Below the pieces are notes generated by a model that was not told where the DNA came from, did not search any database, and worked only from the letters and a program-made list of their open reading frames with translations. A DNA stretch of 61,853 nt, the filler included, from Hausera hauseri (taxonomy: Eukaryota), in assembly GCA_046269625.1 (NCBI GenBank). It is 11 parts of 11 records of this genome, joined end to end, with 100 filler letters (N's around TTAATTAATTAA, not from the genome) between each part and the next. Parts side by side here need not be neighbours in the genome. Positions count along the whole stretch, not along the records: positions 1 to 5,058 come from JBJURY010348824.1; positions 5,159 to 9,692 come from JBJURY010538120.1; positions 9,793 to 14,846 come from JBJURY010349823.1; 8 more parts are not named here. The stretch is one strand, 5' to 3'. The translations under genes were made by a program, and so were the position numbers. Each line of letters begins with the position of its first letter. Within the stretch, counting starts at the first letter, position 1. Shown here in pieces: positions 1-13,459 of the stretch.

Positions 1-45
1 ATCGGAATTAGTTACATTGCAAACAAATCCGATCTTCTGACCGCC

Positions 46-387
46 TCATTGGAATGTTGGAATCACCTTTGACAAAATCTTCCACAAACCGTATTTGACA
101 TGGATTGCCATCAACCCATAGTTATCCGCCAATTTACGATGGGTGCGAAATAACTGAACAAATATCATATCCATGTTACCAACAACCTGCTTCATGTCGT
201 AGGTAAGGTTCTCGTATCCTCCAATTCTCATCAGCACGCCGGAGTATCTGTTCGGGCGAACAGTATTGTGCATCATGTAAAGGTCGATCAAGTTTGTAAA
301 GGTGACTCCGGAGACCGTCGAACTAGTGATATAAACGAGAGTTCTGTTAAATGGGACATGTCTTAATGTCATACCGTAAAGAAGCAC
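46..387 (-). CDS. Hypothetical protein divergent from the pPolB gene (likely ATG at 372)
   Basis: Open 113-codon frame; TATAAA on the minus strand about 20 nt upstream of the ATG; no recognisable motif. Confidence 0.35.
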   Translation of the reverse strand: MLLYGMTLRHVPFNRTLVYITSSTVSGVTFTNLIDLYMMHNTVRPNRYSGVLMRIGGYENLTYDMKQVVGNMDMIFVQLFRTHRKLADNYGLMAIHVKYGLWKILSKVIPTFQ

Positions 388-929
388 AAGTATTTATACT
401 GAAATGTAACAACAACGTAGACACGTGAAATAAATTATATTGACTCATGAAACAAACATTGCAAAATAATACGTGATTAAATACGGTCAATCAATTTTTT
501 CATTACAATACAAAGCGAAGCAGTACAATACAAATTACAATACAAATCCAATGAGGAAAATAATACGTCGTTGTCGTTTTCGTTTCCAATCATCCTCGAT
601 ACGTTTTACGGAGAGATCTGACTAGTAATTCAATATACTCTCACCTGCACATTATTCTCGTTTCTGTGATGTGACAAAAACTGTACAACAAACACATGTC
701 CGGTCAAAATGTCATCGGTCAATCTCTAAATTCCACTTTCAATATACTCTTCCATTTGATTTAGAGTAGTACTAGTAATGTTGATGCACGTTTATAGCCG
801 ATTTAGGCGACGTCTGAGACTGCAGTAAGAGGAATAAGTTATGGTGTATTGTAATCAAATTTATTTATTTATAATTAATACATTTTTATTTGTTTTTAGT
901 TTAACATTTACTTTAATTTATTTATCATT

Positions 930-3900
930 CTCCCGCACACATGGGGGTGGACAATGTCACAAGGAAATGGCCAAATATTATTCAGTGGCCAAGGACACGT
1001 ACCTGTGTCCCGCATGTTTTATTCAAAACACATGCATGTACGCCGACTTTTATGAGATGCACAACCACCATCTCGGTCCGTTCATGCAGTCCTTTGATAA
1101 TGGATGTACATTGCCCCACATATCCGCGATACTGTAGTATTAGTAGAGTGCATGACGTTGATGGTTGCCAGTGTAATGAAACAGTACTATGGTGCCACAA
1201 CGGTGCACGGTAAATGGGCTTACATTTGTCCCGGTTGTTCTATAGTCGATGAAATCAACTATGAACAATTCTACAACATTCACGATGACCACTTTAACCA
1301 GTTTCAGATGTCCAAAAAAAAATTAATGAACGCAGCAAGAAGCAGCAGCAGCAGCAGCAGGAAATGTCAAGCATCAGCAAGCCTTGAAGTATACTTTCAA
1401 AACAACAGAAGTCATCAGCAGTAGCGGGAACGTGAACCGCTCATTACTGTCAAGTACGACCTAAACAGATCGTACGTGGACATGAAGGTGGATATGTCGG
1501 CGAAAACAGCAACGCAATTGAAGGGTGTACCCGCTAATGTGCGTAACCGGTTAGAATCAAAGGTGGCCAAATTCCAACATCACTGCCAAGTGCAATATTA
1601 TGCACTTGCATAATTTGAAAATCTGCAGGGTAACAGGAAACAATGGTACTTGTCACATCGAGCCGTACCATACTCTGAGGATTTTATCGCCGATGTAGGC
1701 GAAAAGCTTGACGAAAAAATCGCCAACTACACCGAAAAGGGCAGTGGTTGGCGATTTGTAAAGATTGTCACTTTCTGCTTTATTCTGACCAAGACGAGTG
1801 ACATGATTTACCTGTCTGGACGTTCATTCATGCCGACACTTGCATCCTTGAAGCAGTCTCTGGCGGTAGTGAATGTACAAAATACTAACGACGAATACTG
1901 CTTTATTTACAGAATTCTAGCCATATTAAAATATGATCAAGTGTCCAGACATCATGCACGTTGTCTAAAGCAATACAGTAAGTATTTCTCAGAATTAGAC
2001 TACAACGAGTGTTGGATGCCGATGAAACTCAAAACCATTCCGACATGGAAAATCAACGTGTTCCGGTACAATACAATCGTAGAAATACCACCAGACGAAG
2101 AGATACACAAAAATCCATACGTGGATATAATTTATCGCAGTCGGAACCCGAATTCACGCTCGGTAAATTTGTTGCTGTTGCAGCAAGCAAATAAATTTCA
2201 CTACGCGGCAGTAACCAATTTGGACAGACTACTGAACATAAATTACCACCAATTCATCAAAAAATGTATAAATTGTAAATGGTACCCTACATTTCTGCAT
2301 GATTCTAGGTCAAAAGCGACACGGGGAAAACATGGCGCTGTGCAGACAAAATTCACCAGGGACAACAATGTACGTCATGCCAGTCAACAAGTAGCTGAGA
2401 TTCAGTGACTGGTCAAAAACGGACCGTCCTGCATATGTGGTATATGCCGATATCGAGGCAATCCTACCGCGGCATGACGTAGACGACCAAAAGCACGTTG
2501 CAATCGCAGTCAGTATGTTTGTTGTTACAATAAAAGCCGCCGGACAACCACAATATTACGTTTTTCATGGCTGGAACTGTACAGCGATTTCCTGCAACAG
2601 TTGGTACAGTGGTACAGTAACAACAGCATTAAGCCCTTGATATGGACAGACGAATATGAACCGTTGCTTTTCACTCCCATCGATGAATGTTACCTCTGCC
2701 ACAAAATAATGCCTTTTCATGCACAGGAACGGCTCGTACCGGACCATGATCATTTCACCGGTCGATACTTGGGAGGAGCACGCAACGCATGCAATTTAAC
2801 AAGGCGTGCGCGGTCATTCCTATCGGTGATCTTTCATAATTTCCGAGGTTATGATTGTCACCATATACTGAAATGGGCCGTCAACGAATTTCCGTACTGA
2901 AAACTGTCAGTAATCCAAACAACAATGGAGATTTACCTGTCCCTGTCAGCACGCATAAACCGGTTCCCGGTACGCTTCCCTGATTCATTTGAATTTCTCA
3001 ATGAATCATTGGAAAATCTGGTAAATGCCTTACCGGATGTGCAGCCAACCTGAACGCAGTTCCCCACACATTGCACGTAGCAAAGGCATAATTCCATATG
3101 ACTTTGCAACATCATATGAGCGACTCCGGAAAGCAGAGGAATTACCGCCGCGATGGACATGCATCACAGAAGATGAATATCGGAGAGCACAAGAATCTTA
3201 GACAGAACTGAGCTGTAGAAACATGTTGAATTACATACTCCAGTATCTCAAACTGGTCATATACTTATTAGCCGACGTGTTCCAGGCGTTTCGAGCAAAA
3301 GCGTTGGCGGAAGATAGGCTGGAGCCACTCAACTTTTACTCAATACCCGGAATGAGTTGGATATCAGCTCTGATGTCACTGGATCGGGATATAGAGCTAT
3401 TGCAAGACCTGGAAATGTACAGAATGTTTGGTGTTGGTATTCGTGGCGGTATGACATTTGTCAAAATGCATCACGTAACCAGTGATGATACCACATCCTG
3501 TTGTATATCGACATTAATAACCTGTACGGCTGGGCATTTTCACAACCCTTGCCGTACAGTTCATTCGAATGGGTAGTCGACAAACAGAACCTGGACACAA
3601 TACTGGAAAATCTGTCAAGCAAAAAACAGCTCAATCGAATACTTGATGGAGGTCGATCTCGTGGTACCAGATGAGCTGCATGACTTTCTGGATGAACTGC
3701 CGGTTGCAATTAGCAAATGTACACCGGAATCGAAGGTGAAGAAGCTGCTTATGACGCATGAACCCAAGAAAAATTACATAGTTCATTGGCGTCTGTTGCA
3801 ATTTTACATGCAGTTGTGTGTACACGTAGTACGGCTACATAACGCAATACGATTTGCCCAGGCTGCCATATTCAAGGCGTACATAGATGGGAATTGCGGA

Positions 3901-4754
3901 AAACGAGCCGCAGCTTGAATAAAGTTCGAAAAGGACTACTACAAGCTGAAAAACAATTCCCTGTACGGAAAAACAGTGAAGAATCTGAAAAAGTGGCTCA
4001 ATGTACGCCCATGCAATAGCGAAAAGCGGTTGGTTACGTACGCGAGTAAGGCACAGTTTTGGCGGTCAATGCACATTGCCGATGGATTGGTTACGGTGCT
4101 GTTAAACCGGGAAGAAGTCATTCTGGACCGGCCAAGTTTTATAGGACAAGTGGTATTTGATCTGAGCAAGTTTCGAATGTATGAGCTGCAGTATCGCGAT
4201 TTGACACGTTACCGGTAAATGTTCAGCGGCGGCGGCGGCGGCGGCGGCGGCGGCAGGATCAATATAATTCCCGTGACACAGACAGTTTTTTCTTGGAACT
4301 GGAGAACTTCAATCGCGAAAAACTTCTGCAGAAAATGATGGCAGATGGATTACTGGACACGTCCAACTAACCACTGGATCATTCTTTGTACAGCAGCGCT
4401 ATCACTAACAAAATCGGCTGCTTCAAGGATGAAAGTGAAGGTCGTGTCCGGTATCGGGAATGGATATTTCTACGGCCAAAATGTTATAGCTTTTTAACTG
4501 ACTGTGGACCGAAAATGCGCACCAAAGGAGTTCAGTTGACCCAGACGGAAATCGACCACGATGATTGTCGCAGTGTCTATGAAGAAGGAGGAGACGTAGG
4601 ACAATCAAAGACTGTTGTGTCACAAACAATCATCCGATCTATTGAGCAGCATCTGTATACAGTGACTAATTCAAAAGTCGCTTTAGCATGTAATGATGAT
4701 AAGCTTAATTGGGTGGGCGGAATAAGAGTTGGGCGTACGGCCATTGGCGTTTGA
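930..4754 (+). pseudogene. Protein-primed family-B DNA polymerase (Polinton/Maverick/adintovirus/bidnavirus type), frameshifted, copy 1
   Basis: Ordered motifs across fragments: KGSGW, VNVQNTNDEYCF, YADIEA (Exo I), CYLC..DHDHFTGRYLG..NACN (endonuclease VII-like), FHNFRGYD (Exo II), YLLADVF (Exo III), GIRGG, YIDINNLYGW (motif A), KLKNNSLYGK (motif B), DTDS (motif C, near 4276), GCFKDE, LRPKCYS. AATAAA follows the stop. Confidence 0.93.
4228..4254 (+). repeat. (GGC)9 microsatellite inside pPolB copy 1
   Basis: Perfect repeat; absent from the aligned position in copy 2 (about 9010). Confidence 0.95.
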
Positions 4755-5058
4755 AATAAAACACGCACGCACACAGGTGAAATCGGTGCAGAGAGATAAA
4801 TTAACTATGACATTTTGTTGTGATCTGTGTTTTATAAATAATGTATGTTGTTCATTTTTTTGCCTTTTGTTGTATTATTTTATTATCATTTAATGTACCT
4901 TTATATTTAACTTAATGTGACGAGAAACAGTATGAAAACAAACAAAACCAATAAAATTTATTAATCATTATAAGCTAAAATCAAAACAAAGTAAGTCAAA
5001 TCAGCGTAAACTTTTCCAGCTTCCATATTGGTGATTTAACGCCGTGTAGATCTTTATA

Positions 5059-5158
5059 NNNNNNNNNNNNNNNNNNNNNNNNNNNNNNNNNNNNNNNNNN
5101 NNTTAATTAATTAANNNNNNNNNNNNNNNNNNNNNNNNNNNNNNNNNNNNNNNNNNNN
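5059..5158. other. Artificial contig linker N44-TTAATTAATTAA-N44. The same linker is at 9693-9792, 14847-14946, 19109-19208, 23758-23857, 29130-29229, 35783-35882, 40061-40160, 45946-46045 and 52230-52329.
   Basis: Ten identical 100-nt spacers; the 12-mer puts stops in all six frames; ORFs are cut off at the spacers. Confidence 0.98.
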
Positions 5159-5942
5159 TCCCGGCAGATATTTTATTCATATCATTAATCAACATTATAT
5201 TTTCCGCCTTTCTGAATATTTGTTATAAAAACCCCCATTTAAAGTAAAATTCGTTTCCTTGAAATTCCTAGAGGATACGACATCATTTTAAAATATCGTA
5301 ATGCAAAATTATAAACTATATGCCAAAAAATTTAGATTTATGCGATTATTAATTAATTCCAGGAAATTAGTTTTAGAGACTAATAATACAATATTTGTAT
5401 TCGTCAACATGAATTAACAAATTCTGAAAGAAAATCCAATTTTTATTTATCGATCTCGTGTTACAATACATGCTCTATTTACCCTTCTAAAAATATATTG
5501 ATTGACTAGTAGTAGAGAAATACCAGTTCTGTCTCAGCTCCCCCCATGGGGGGGGCTAAGAAAAAACCGGCATTTCGTTTAAGGTGCTTGAAAAGACACA
5601 ATGTGGTTCTTCTCATATATCCTTCCCTTCGAACATGTACAACACTTTAGTACGCTATATCATGGTCTAGTTGGCTTCATGTTGCCGACTTATCCATATC
5701 ATATAGCACGCCTGCTTGTGTGTATCACTTATGTATCGTTTTAGCTTACCAACAACCCGTCTATGAACCACATTGATTTTAGTCATTAGGGGAAATGTAA
5801 GGAATCAATATTCCCACGATATGGTTTTTCTCATATACTCTTCCTTCTGACATGTCCAACACTTTAATCAACTATTTCGTGGTCTCCTTAACTTCATGTT
5901 ATCAGCTTCATGTTATCCGCAATTTTATAATAAGCGCAAGGG

Positions 5943-8900
5943 ACACCTGAACCAATTTCAGCGATCCTAAAAGCAAATCATAATGGACGAAACAAAGAGG
6001 AGCAGCAGCAGCAGCATTCCCGTAACCAGTAGGAAACATCAAGCATCCTCGAGTCTTGACGAATACATACAAAAAAGCAAACAGCAGCAGAATCAGCAGC
6101 AGCAGCAGGAACAACAACAACAACCTGACCTTCCTTTCATTACTGTCAAGTACAATCTAAACAGATCGTATGTGAACATAAAAGTTGACATGACACAGCA
6201 AATGTCAGTACAATTAAAGCATGTACCGTCCGGTGACCGCAACCGGTTAGAATCAGAAGTGAAGAAATACCAACACAACCACCACTGAAAGGTGCAGTAT
6301 TATGCACTGGCAGAATTTAAAAATTTGGAAGGTGACAGGAAACAGTGGTACTTGTAACATCGAGCCGAACCGTATTCCCACGATTTTATTGCCGATGTAA
6401 GCGAAAAGCTGGACGAAAAAATTGCCAACTATACGGAACAGGGTAGTGGCTGGCGAATTGTAAAGATTGTCACTCTCGGCTTTATCATAACAAAGTCGAG
6501 TGATATAATTCACCTGTCTGGGCGATCATTCATATCGACCCCTGCAACTCTGAAGCAGTCTCTGGCGGCAGTGAATGTAAAAAATACCGACGACGACTAC
6601 TGTTTTATTCACAGTATTCTGGCCATATTAAAATATGACCAAGTGGATAGACATAGTGCATATCATCTAAATCAGTATCAGCAGTATTTTTCCGAATCGG
6701 ACTTTGATGAAAGCTAAAAGCCGATGAAACTAAAAACCATTCCGACTTTTGAGCGGCGTAACCGGACACTGTCATTTAACGTGTTATGGTACAACACAAT
6801 CGTAGAAATACCGGCAGACGAAGAGATTTACAAAAATCCCAATATGGACATAATCTATAGAAGTCGGAACCAGAATGGACGCCAGATAAATTTGTTGCTA
6901 TTGGAGCAAAAGAAAAAATTTCATTACGTGGCCGTGACAAATTTGGACAGATTGCTGAACATGGAACATGACGAGTTCATTAAAAAGCGTATACGGTGTA
7001 AATGGTATCTTCTATGTCTGCACGGATTCGGATCGGAAACAATATGGGAGAAACTTGTGGCACTATGAAGACAAAATTCATCGAGAACAACAATGTACGT
7101 CATGCTATTCAAAAAGGCGATTCACTGAGATTCAGTGACTGGTTAAAATCCTACAATCCGGCATACGTGTTATATGCAGATGTTGAAGCAATTCTACCAC
7201 GGCACAATGTATACGATCAAAAGCACGTGCCAATCGCTGTCCGTATGTTGGTAGTCACAATAAAAGCCATTGGTCAACCACAGTATTATGTTTTCCACGG
7301 CTGAAACTGCATCCGTGATTTCCTGCATCAATTGGAAACAATAGTAGAAATGGAAGTTGCACCCTGATACAGTAATAATAGCAATAAACCCTTGATGTGG
7401 ACAGATGAATATGAACCGTTGATGTTTGCAGCCACCGATAAATGTTACCTGTGGCACATAATATTACCGTTCGATGCAGAGGAACGGCTCGTACGGATAA
7501 CGATCATTTTACCGGTCGATATCTCGGAGCCGCATGCAATTCATGCAATTTGGCAAGGCGTGTGCGACTATTCCTACCTGTGATCTTTCATAACTTCAGG
7601 GGTTATGATTGTCGCCATATTTTGAAATAAACAATAAGCGGATTTCCGCACTGAAAACTATCCGTAATTCCGACTACGATGGAAATATACCTGTCACTGT
7701 CTGCTCGTATAAACCGATTACAGATACGCTTCCCCGATTCATTGCAATTTTTCAATGAATCTCTGGCAAAGCTGGTAAATTCCTTGCCAGAGGTTTAGTT
7801 AACATTGACTCAGTTCCCTGTACACTTTGCGCGTAGCAAAGGCATATTTCCGTATAACTTTGTGATATCGTACGAGCGGCTCCATACGACAGACAAATTA
7901 CCACCGCAATGGTCCGATGTCACAAAAGAAGAATATCATAAAGCAGAGTTGTTTTGGACAAAGCTGGACTGCAGAAACCATTTGGATTACATGCTTCACT
8001 ATCTGAAAATGAATGTGTACTTATTAGCCAATGTGTTCCAGACATTTCGAGCTAAAGTGTTGGCAGAAGATAGGCTGGAGCCACTCAACATTTACTTAAT
8101 ACCCGAAATGGGTTGGGCATCAGTTCTGATGTCAGTGGATCGGGATATCGAGTTATTGCAAAACCCGGAAATGTACCGAATGTTTGATGTTGGTATTCGT
8201 GGCGGCATGACATTTGTCAACAATCACCATGTTAGTGCTGCTGCTGATGCTGCTACCATTGATGATACCACATCACTGTTGTATATCGCCATTAATAATC
8301 TGTACGGCTGGGCGCTTTCACAACCCTTGCCGTACGGTTCATTTGAATGGATAGTCGACAAACAGGACCTGGACGACATAATGGAAAATCTGCCGAGAGC
8401 CGACGCAACAGAAAACAGCTCAATCTGATACCTGGTGGAAATTGATCTCTTGGTACCAGATGAGCTGCATGACTTTCTGGATGAACTGCCATTCGCACCA
8501 ATTAGCCAATGTCCGCCGGGCTCGAAGGTGAAGAAGCTGCTTATGACGCATGAATCTAAGCAAAATTACATAGTTCATTGGCGTCTGTTGCAATTTTACA
8601 TGCTGCACGGTGTACGCGTCACACAGCTGATCGCGTAATCCGATTTGCACAGGGTCCGATATTCAAGGCGTATATCACTCGGAATTCAGAAAAACAAGCT
8701 GCAGCTTATACGAAGTTTGAAAAAGACTATTACATACTGAAAAACAATTTGCTCTGAGGAAAACAGTAGAATCTGAAAAAGTGGATCAATATACGCGTAT
8801 GAAATAGCGAAAAGAGGTTAGTCACCTACACGAGCAAGGTGCAGTTTAGGCGGTCAATCACATTGCCGATGGATTAGTTGCTATGCTTTTAAACAGGGAA

Positions 8901-9512
8901 GAATGCGTATTGGATCGGTCAAGCTATATAGGACAAGTGATATTGGACCTGAGCAAGTTGTAGATGTATGAGTTGCAGTATCGCGATTTGCCACGTTACC
9001 GGAAAATGTTTGGTGAATGCAGGATCAATATAATTGTCTGTGACGGAGGAAATTTTTTCTTGGAACTGAGAAACGCCAATCGAGAACAACTACTGCAGCA
9101 AATGATGGCAGACAGATTACTGGACACGTTCAATTACCCATAAAATCATCCATTGTACAGCAACACCATCACAAACAAAATCAGCTGCTTCAAGGATGAA
9201 AGTGAAGGTCGGATTCAGTATCAGGAATGGATATTTTTACGACCAAAATGTTATAGCCTTTTAACCGACTGTGGACCGAAAATGCGCGCCATAGGAATTC
9301 AGTTGGCCCAGACGGAAATAAACCATGGTGATTACCGCCGTGTCTATAAAGAAGAAGGACAAGGACGATCAAAGGCTGTTGTGTCTCAAACGATCATCCG
9401 ATCGATTGAGCACCAGCTACATATAATAACTAGTGCAAAAGTTGCTTTGTCATGCAACGATGATAAGCGAAAGTGGGTGGGACGAAATAAGAGTTGGGCG
9501 TATGGACATTGA
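5943..9512 (+). pseudogene. Protein-primed family-B DNA polymerase, copy 2 (close paralogue of copy 1; extreme N-terminus missing)
   Basis: Collinear with 1290-4754: QGSGW, DHFTGRYLGAACNSCN, FHNFRGYD, KGIFPY, GIRGG, INNLYGWALS, FKDE, LRPKCYS. Many stops and frameshifts; motif C is mutated. Confidence 0.93.
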
Positions 9513-11149
9513 GGGTTGAAATAAAACATGTTCGGTGGTGTCAGATCAGATCAGATCAGATACAGGCAATTCCATCTGGTCTGGATATTGTGACAATTGT
9601 TGACAATGATTATCTTTTGTACATTGTTTTATTTCAATGTTAATAATGTACTTTGCTCAGTGTCTTTTGTGTTTTGTTTTTCGATTATTTACNNNNNNNN
9701 NNNNNNNNNNNNNNNNNNNNNNNNNNNNNNNNNNNNTTAATTAATTAANNNNNNNNNNNNNNNNNNNNNNNNNNNNNNNNNNNNNNNNNNNNTTGGTCAT
9801 TTGGCTTCAAGTAAGATTTTAGATTCGTATAGTTCATCACTTTCCATTACGCTAATTATTTGTGCAAGAAGATTGGCAATATGGGCATCCTTTTTGAATT
9901 TACTTTTAACATTTGCATTTTGACAGAAGGTTGATATTTTATCCACAAATTTATTGTAAAGTTTAATACATTCATCATAACTTTCACAATTCTAAAAAGA
10001 TAATTAGAGATCATATAGAAAATTAAATTATAGGCTTATCAGAGCGGCTCTTCTTCATCCATTACAATTTTATCAAATTTTTCTTCAACTGAATCAGCTA
10101 TTTTACCACTGTTTCTATCCATAACAGTCGCATCGTTTTCTTCAGTTGGATCAGTTGAGTCGAGAATTGCGACTTTACCATTGTCGTCATGATATAATCG
10201 AATGAATTAGGATTTTGTTTCCATTTTAAAATGATTTCTGTGCAACTGCCAAGTGTATTTTACTAAATTGTACTCATATACTTCATTTTGATTGGTGGAA
10301 AAGATATACAGGTGTACGTTTATATATAAGTTGTATATAGGTGAAAAAATTTCCTATACTATATTTAAGGAATGGAAACCGAGACAATATATTGTTAATT
10401 ATGCTGATTACAAAACCATGTTTCTACACGGTAAATGCCGTATGATGGATTGTAAAAAACCTATTGTGGAAATAGATTTGCTATTAAATATTAAAGTAGA
10501 AAATATTCCCATATGTATGAATTTTAATGAAAATAAATTTAAATGACTTAGCACAAAATGTACTATGTTCATACGAACCAGAATTATTTTCAGCATTATG
10601 TGTAACTGATTTTAATTCATTTTGTAAATGTTTTTCATATTGGCAAGTTTATTCTCGGAATAAAGTCATTAGACTACGAACATAGAATTAATACAACTTG
10701 ATTTTATATATTCTACATTCAATGACTCAATGCATTCTGATTGGTTTATATTGAATGCTGGTGTAATAAAAAGTATACATTTTGATACTTCCACAGTAAA
10801 TTTCATTTCAAAATGTTTTATAGCTGTTCTCAGTTTTCAAGTTATCAATCCAATTTGTTATGTCAGTACGGGTTTTAACAGCCACAGGAATAAGGATTTT
10901 AACAACAACCACCACTATCATCACCACCACCACCAGAATATGGTTTCGAATATCCAGCCTGCTATCCACAGCCACCAACAACAACAAATTTATTTAATGT
11001 CCATTTTTAATATGATTACACATTTTAGTAAAATCATCAACTGCAAAGAAAACAATCAAACTTGAAGATACGTTGCCATTATTATTGTCCGATGATGAAG
11101 TTGATGAACTGTTCAATGCGTCATAAACATTTCACGGTTATGAAATCCA

Positions 11150-12410
11150 TACGTTGACAAAGTGACCAGCGTATGTACGAGAACATTCTCCGTATATGCA
11201 AAAAACCGCTGTGCTGCAAACATTTGTCCACTTTTGCGCAAGCATCATAAGAAAGGAAATGCGAGAGTTCTACCATTCGATAGAAGTGTTTTGCCCTATT
11301 GTAGCACTGTGGTTCAAACTTGATTGAAAGCCATATAGGAGCATAAACTTACAAGATGTGTTCATTTAGTATATGTTTAGTGGACGGCATGATAGTCAAG
11401 ATATACAGCCGTAAAATTCTGTTGACCGTCGTCAACCAACACGAATGTATCAACGGTCTAGGCTGTCTCCTGGCTATACTATCAGGCACATAACCAGCTT
11501 CGATACCTTTGCACATCATACAGATATATTTGTTCTTTGCTTAAATCCTTTTTAGTAATATCCTATATGATGAGTGGCAACTTGTTTTGCCATGACTCAA
11601 AGTTGATAACAGGCAACTCATGACACGTCTGCAGCGATTTTCCCAATTTACCAGTAAATGCTGTTGGTCCTGACGTCCTCCCGTCTAAATACGTCACCAA
11701 ATGCGACAGTTGCAGCTTGTTGCAATGAAGCACGCAAATGAATCATTGCAATGTGCGATTAATGCGTAGCTCCATAGCCGTATGACATCACCATTAATGC
11801 CACTGTTAACGTTTGCCCCATCGCATCCTACTGCAACTAACGTGCGATGACGATGATGATTTTTTTTGTGTCAAATGAGATTTCAGCTGCTCGCTTTGCT
11901 GCATTAACTTAGCAAAGTCAATTACAACGCTTTCACCAATCTCGTTTGTAGCTCCAAAATCACCAAGATATGCAATGACGATTGCCATTCCTGATGCATT
12001 AGAAATACACTATCTCTCGCACTCTAGCAACAAGTAAGAAACTTCATCAAATTGCTATTACAGCGAGGTTTCAATGATTCAGAATCTGGAGGCGTAACAT
12101 ACCTTTCACATTTCATATTGTCTTCACTGTTAGAGTCTAAAGTGTTATCTACAGCAACGCACTTCCTAGTACTGCATTCACTCACTGGTTTTGTCTCCTT
12201 TTTTGCATAACAAGTGTCGCTTCAATGCTCTTTCAGTCTTTTCACCACTTTGGCCATTGTTTCTTTGTATACACTGCTAATTATCATTTTTCTTAATCTT
12301 CTGATCAATCAGAAACTCCCTTTCTAGAATCGTTACTCTAGAATTTTTGAAGAACACTTGGCAAAATAACTGCAGTGGCATGCAGCAATGTCAAACAGTG
12401 CTAGGCCATC
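11150..12410 (-). pseudogene. DDE cut-and-paste transposase remnant (CxxH-containing; Sola2/hAT-like, superfamily uncertain)
   Basis: Minus-strand translation: LFDIAACHC, EREFLIDQ..RKMII, ELRINRTLQ*FICVLHCNKL.L.HL..LDGRTSGP..FTGKLGK, DLSKEQIYLY, RWLTTVNRILRLY, VYAPIWLSIK. This motif series is typical of a widespread invertebrate transposase family. Confidence 0.75.
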
Positions 12411-12529
12411 AACTAAGATTGCTGCCACTTTTGCATTTACTTTCTTATTTAAGGTGTCTCTTAGATGTTGATTCGGAAATTGAACTTTGTTTTCAATCCT
12501 ACGAAGAGAAACATTTTCCTATAATCCAC

Positions 12530-13310
12530 CCTAATGTGCAGCCAAGAAATCGAAGCCAATTATTGGTGAATTGATGTGGGCGATGCAAAACTTCGTGACA
12601 AACGTGTCTGGTAAGTTGAAAAATATAAAAGCCTATGTCGTTGAATAAAAAAATAATCAGTGGAAGTAGGCGTGAAAGATATTGGAAGAAGGGAAAAAGT
12701 GGCCCATGAGTCGACAAGGAAGTCAATGCAAGATGACTTGTTTGACGAAAGAGCAGCTTTCAACGAAAAGACGGCGGAAACGGTATTGAGACGGCCAATA
12801 GATTGCAGTGTCGCCTATACCAGAATGTGTCGTAATATCTGATGGAATTGTCAGTTTTTTGAAGGCTGAAAAGAAGTAGAGGGCGAAAAGTGATAAGGTG
12901 AAAATGAGGAATTGTTTTTGAAGAATTTACAGCCTGGAATGCAAGAACGAGCTTGAGCTTGGAATTTATTATGGTAAATGCAAATAGGGCTGTCCATTGC
13001 ATAATGATCGGTATGGAAGCAACAGCCCGAGAAGCGGTTTTTGCATCATCTCTGAATTTTGTATGATAGAAGCAGGTCATCTGGCAACCTGATGTTTTTG
13101 ATCTATATTGGTGCTGAGACGAACCACGATTCCGCGAAGCAACTTATTCATGACTTTGCACAACAATGTCCAAATGAAGAACGGGTCAAAACATATATTG
13201 AATTAGAAAGGAATAACAGTATATTGTTTGGCGATATTAGTTGTCCCCTCAAAGTCTGATAAACATTTAAGAATATTACGTAGGAGTTCGTTGGGCGGTC
13301 TGGCAATAAA
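12530..13310 (-). mobile_element. Fragment of a CsRn1-like Ty3/Gypsy element (gag C-terminus and protease)
   Basis: Degenerate first finger CFYHTKF..AK.(R)..GC and second finger CIYHNKF..QARSCIPGCKF; TCA AAA AAC TGA slippery site (12854-12860); FLVDS(W)A and IIGFDFL protease motifs. Same family as 46850-52229. Confidence 0.8.
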
Positions 13311-13459
13311 ACATTGCCTGCACCCTAACAAGAATCACCGGTCGTCAAGTAATAAGAGAGGTTGTGCTCAATTTATAAGTTCAGATGTCACAACCAAGAT
13401 TGTATTCATTCTGATATTTCATTTCCCAACTATTATCAACATCTTACTTTATAATAGTC

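Noticed and set aside
621-779. Repeated TTCAATATACTCT and ACTAGTAAT in the divergent intergenic region
   Set aside because: Could be promoter elements, but they are too short and were not seen in the other pPolB copies.
5103-5114. Recurrent palindrome TTAATTAATTAA as a biological site (piggyBac TTAA target or array repeat)
   Set aside because: Always centred in 44+44 Ns; an artificial linker.
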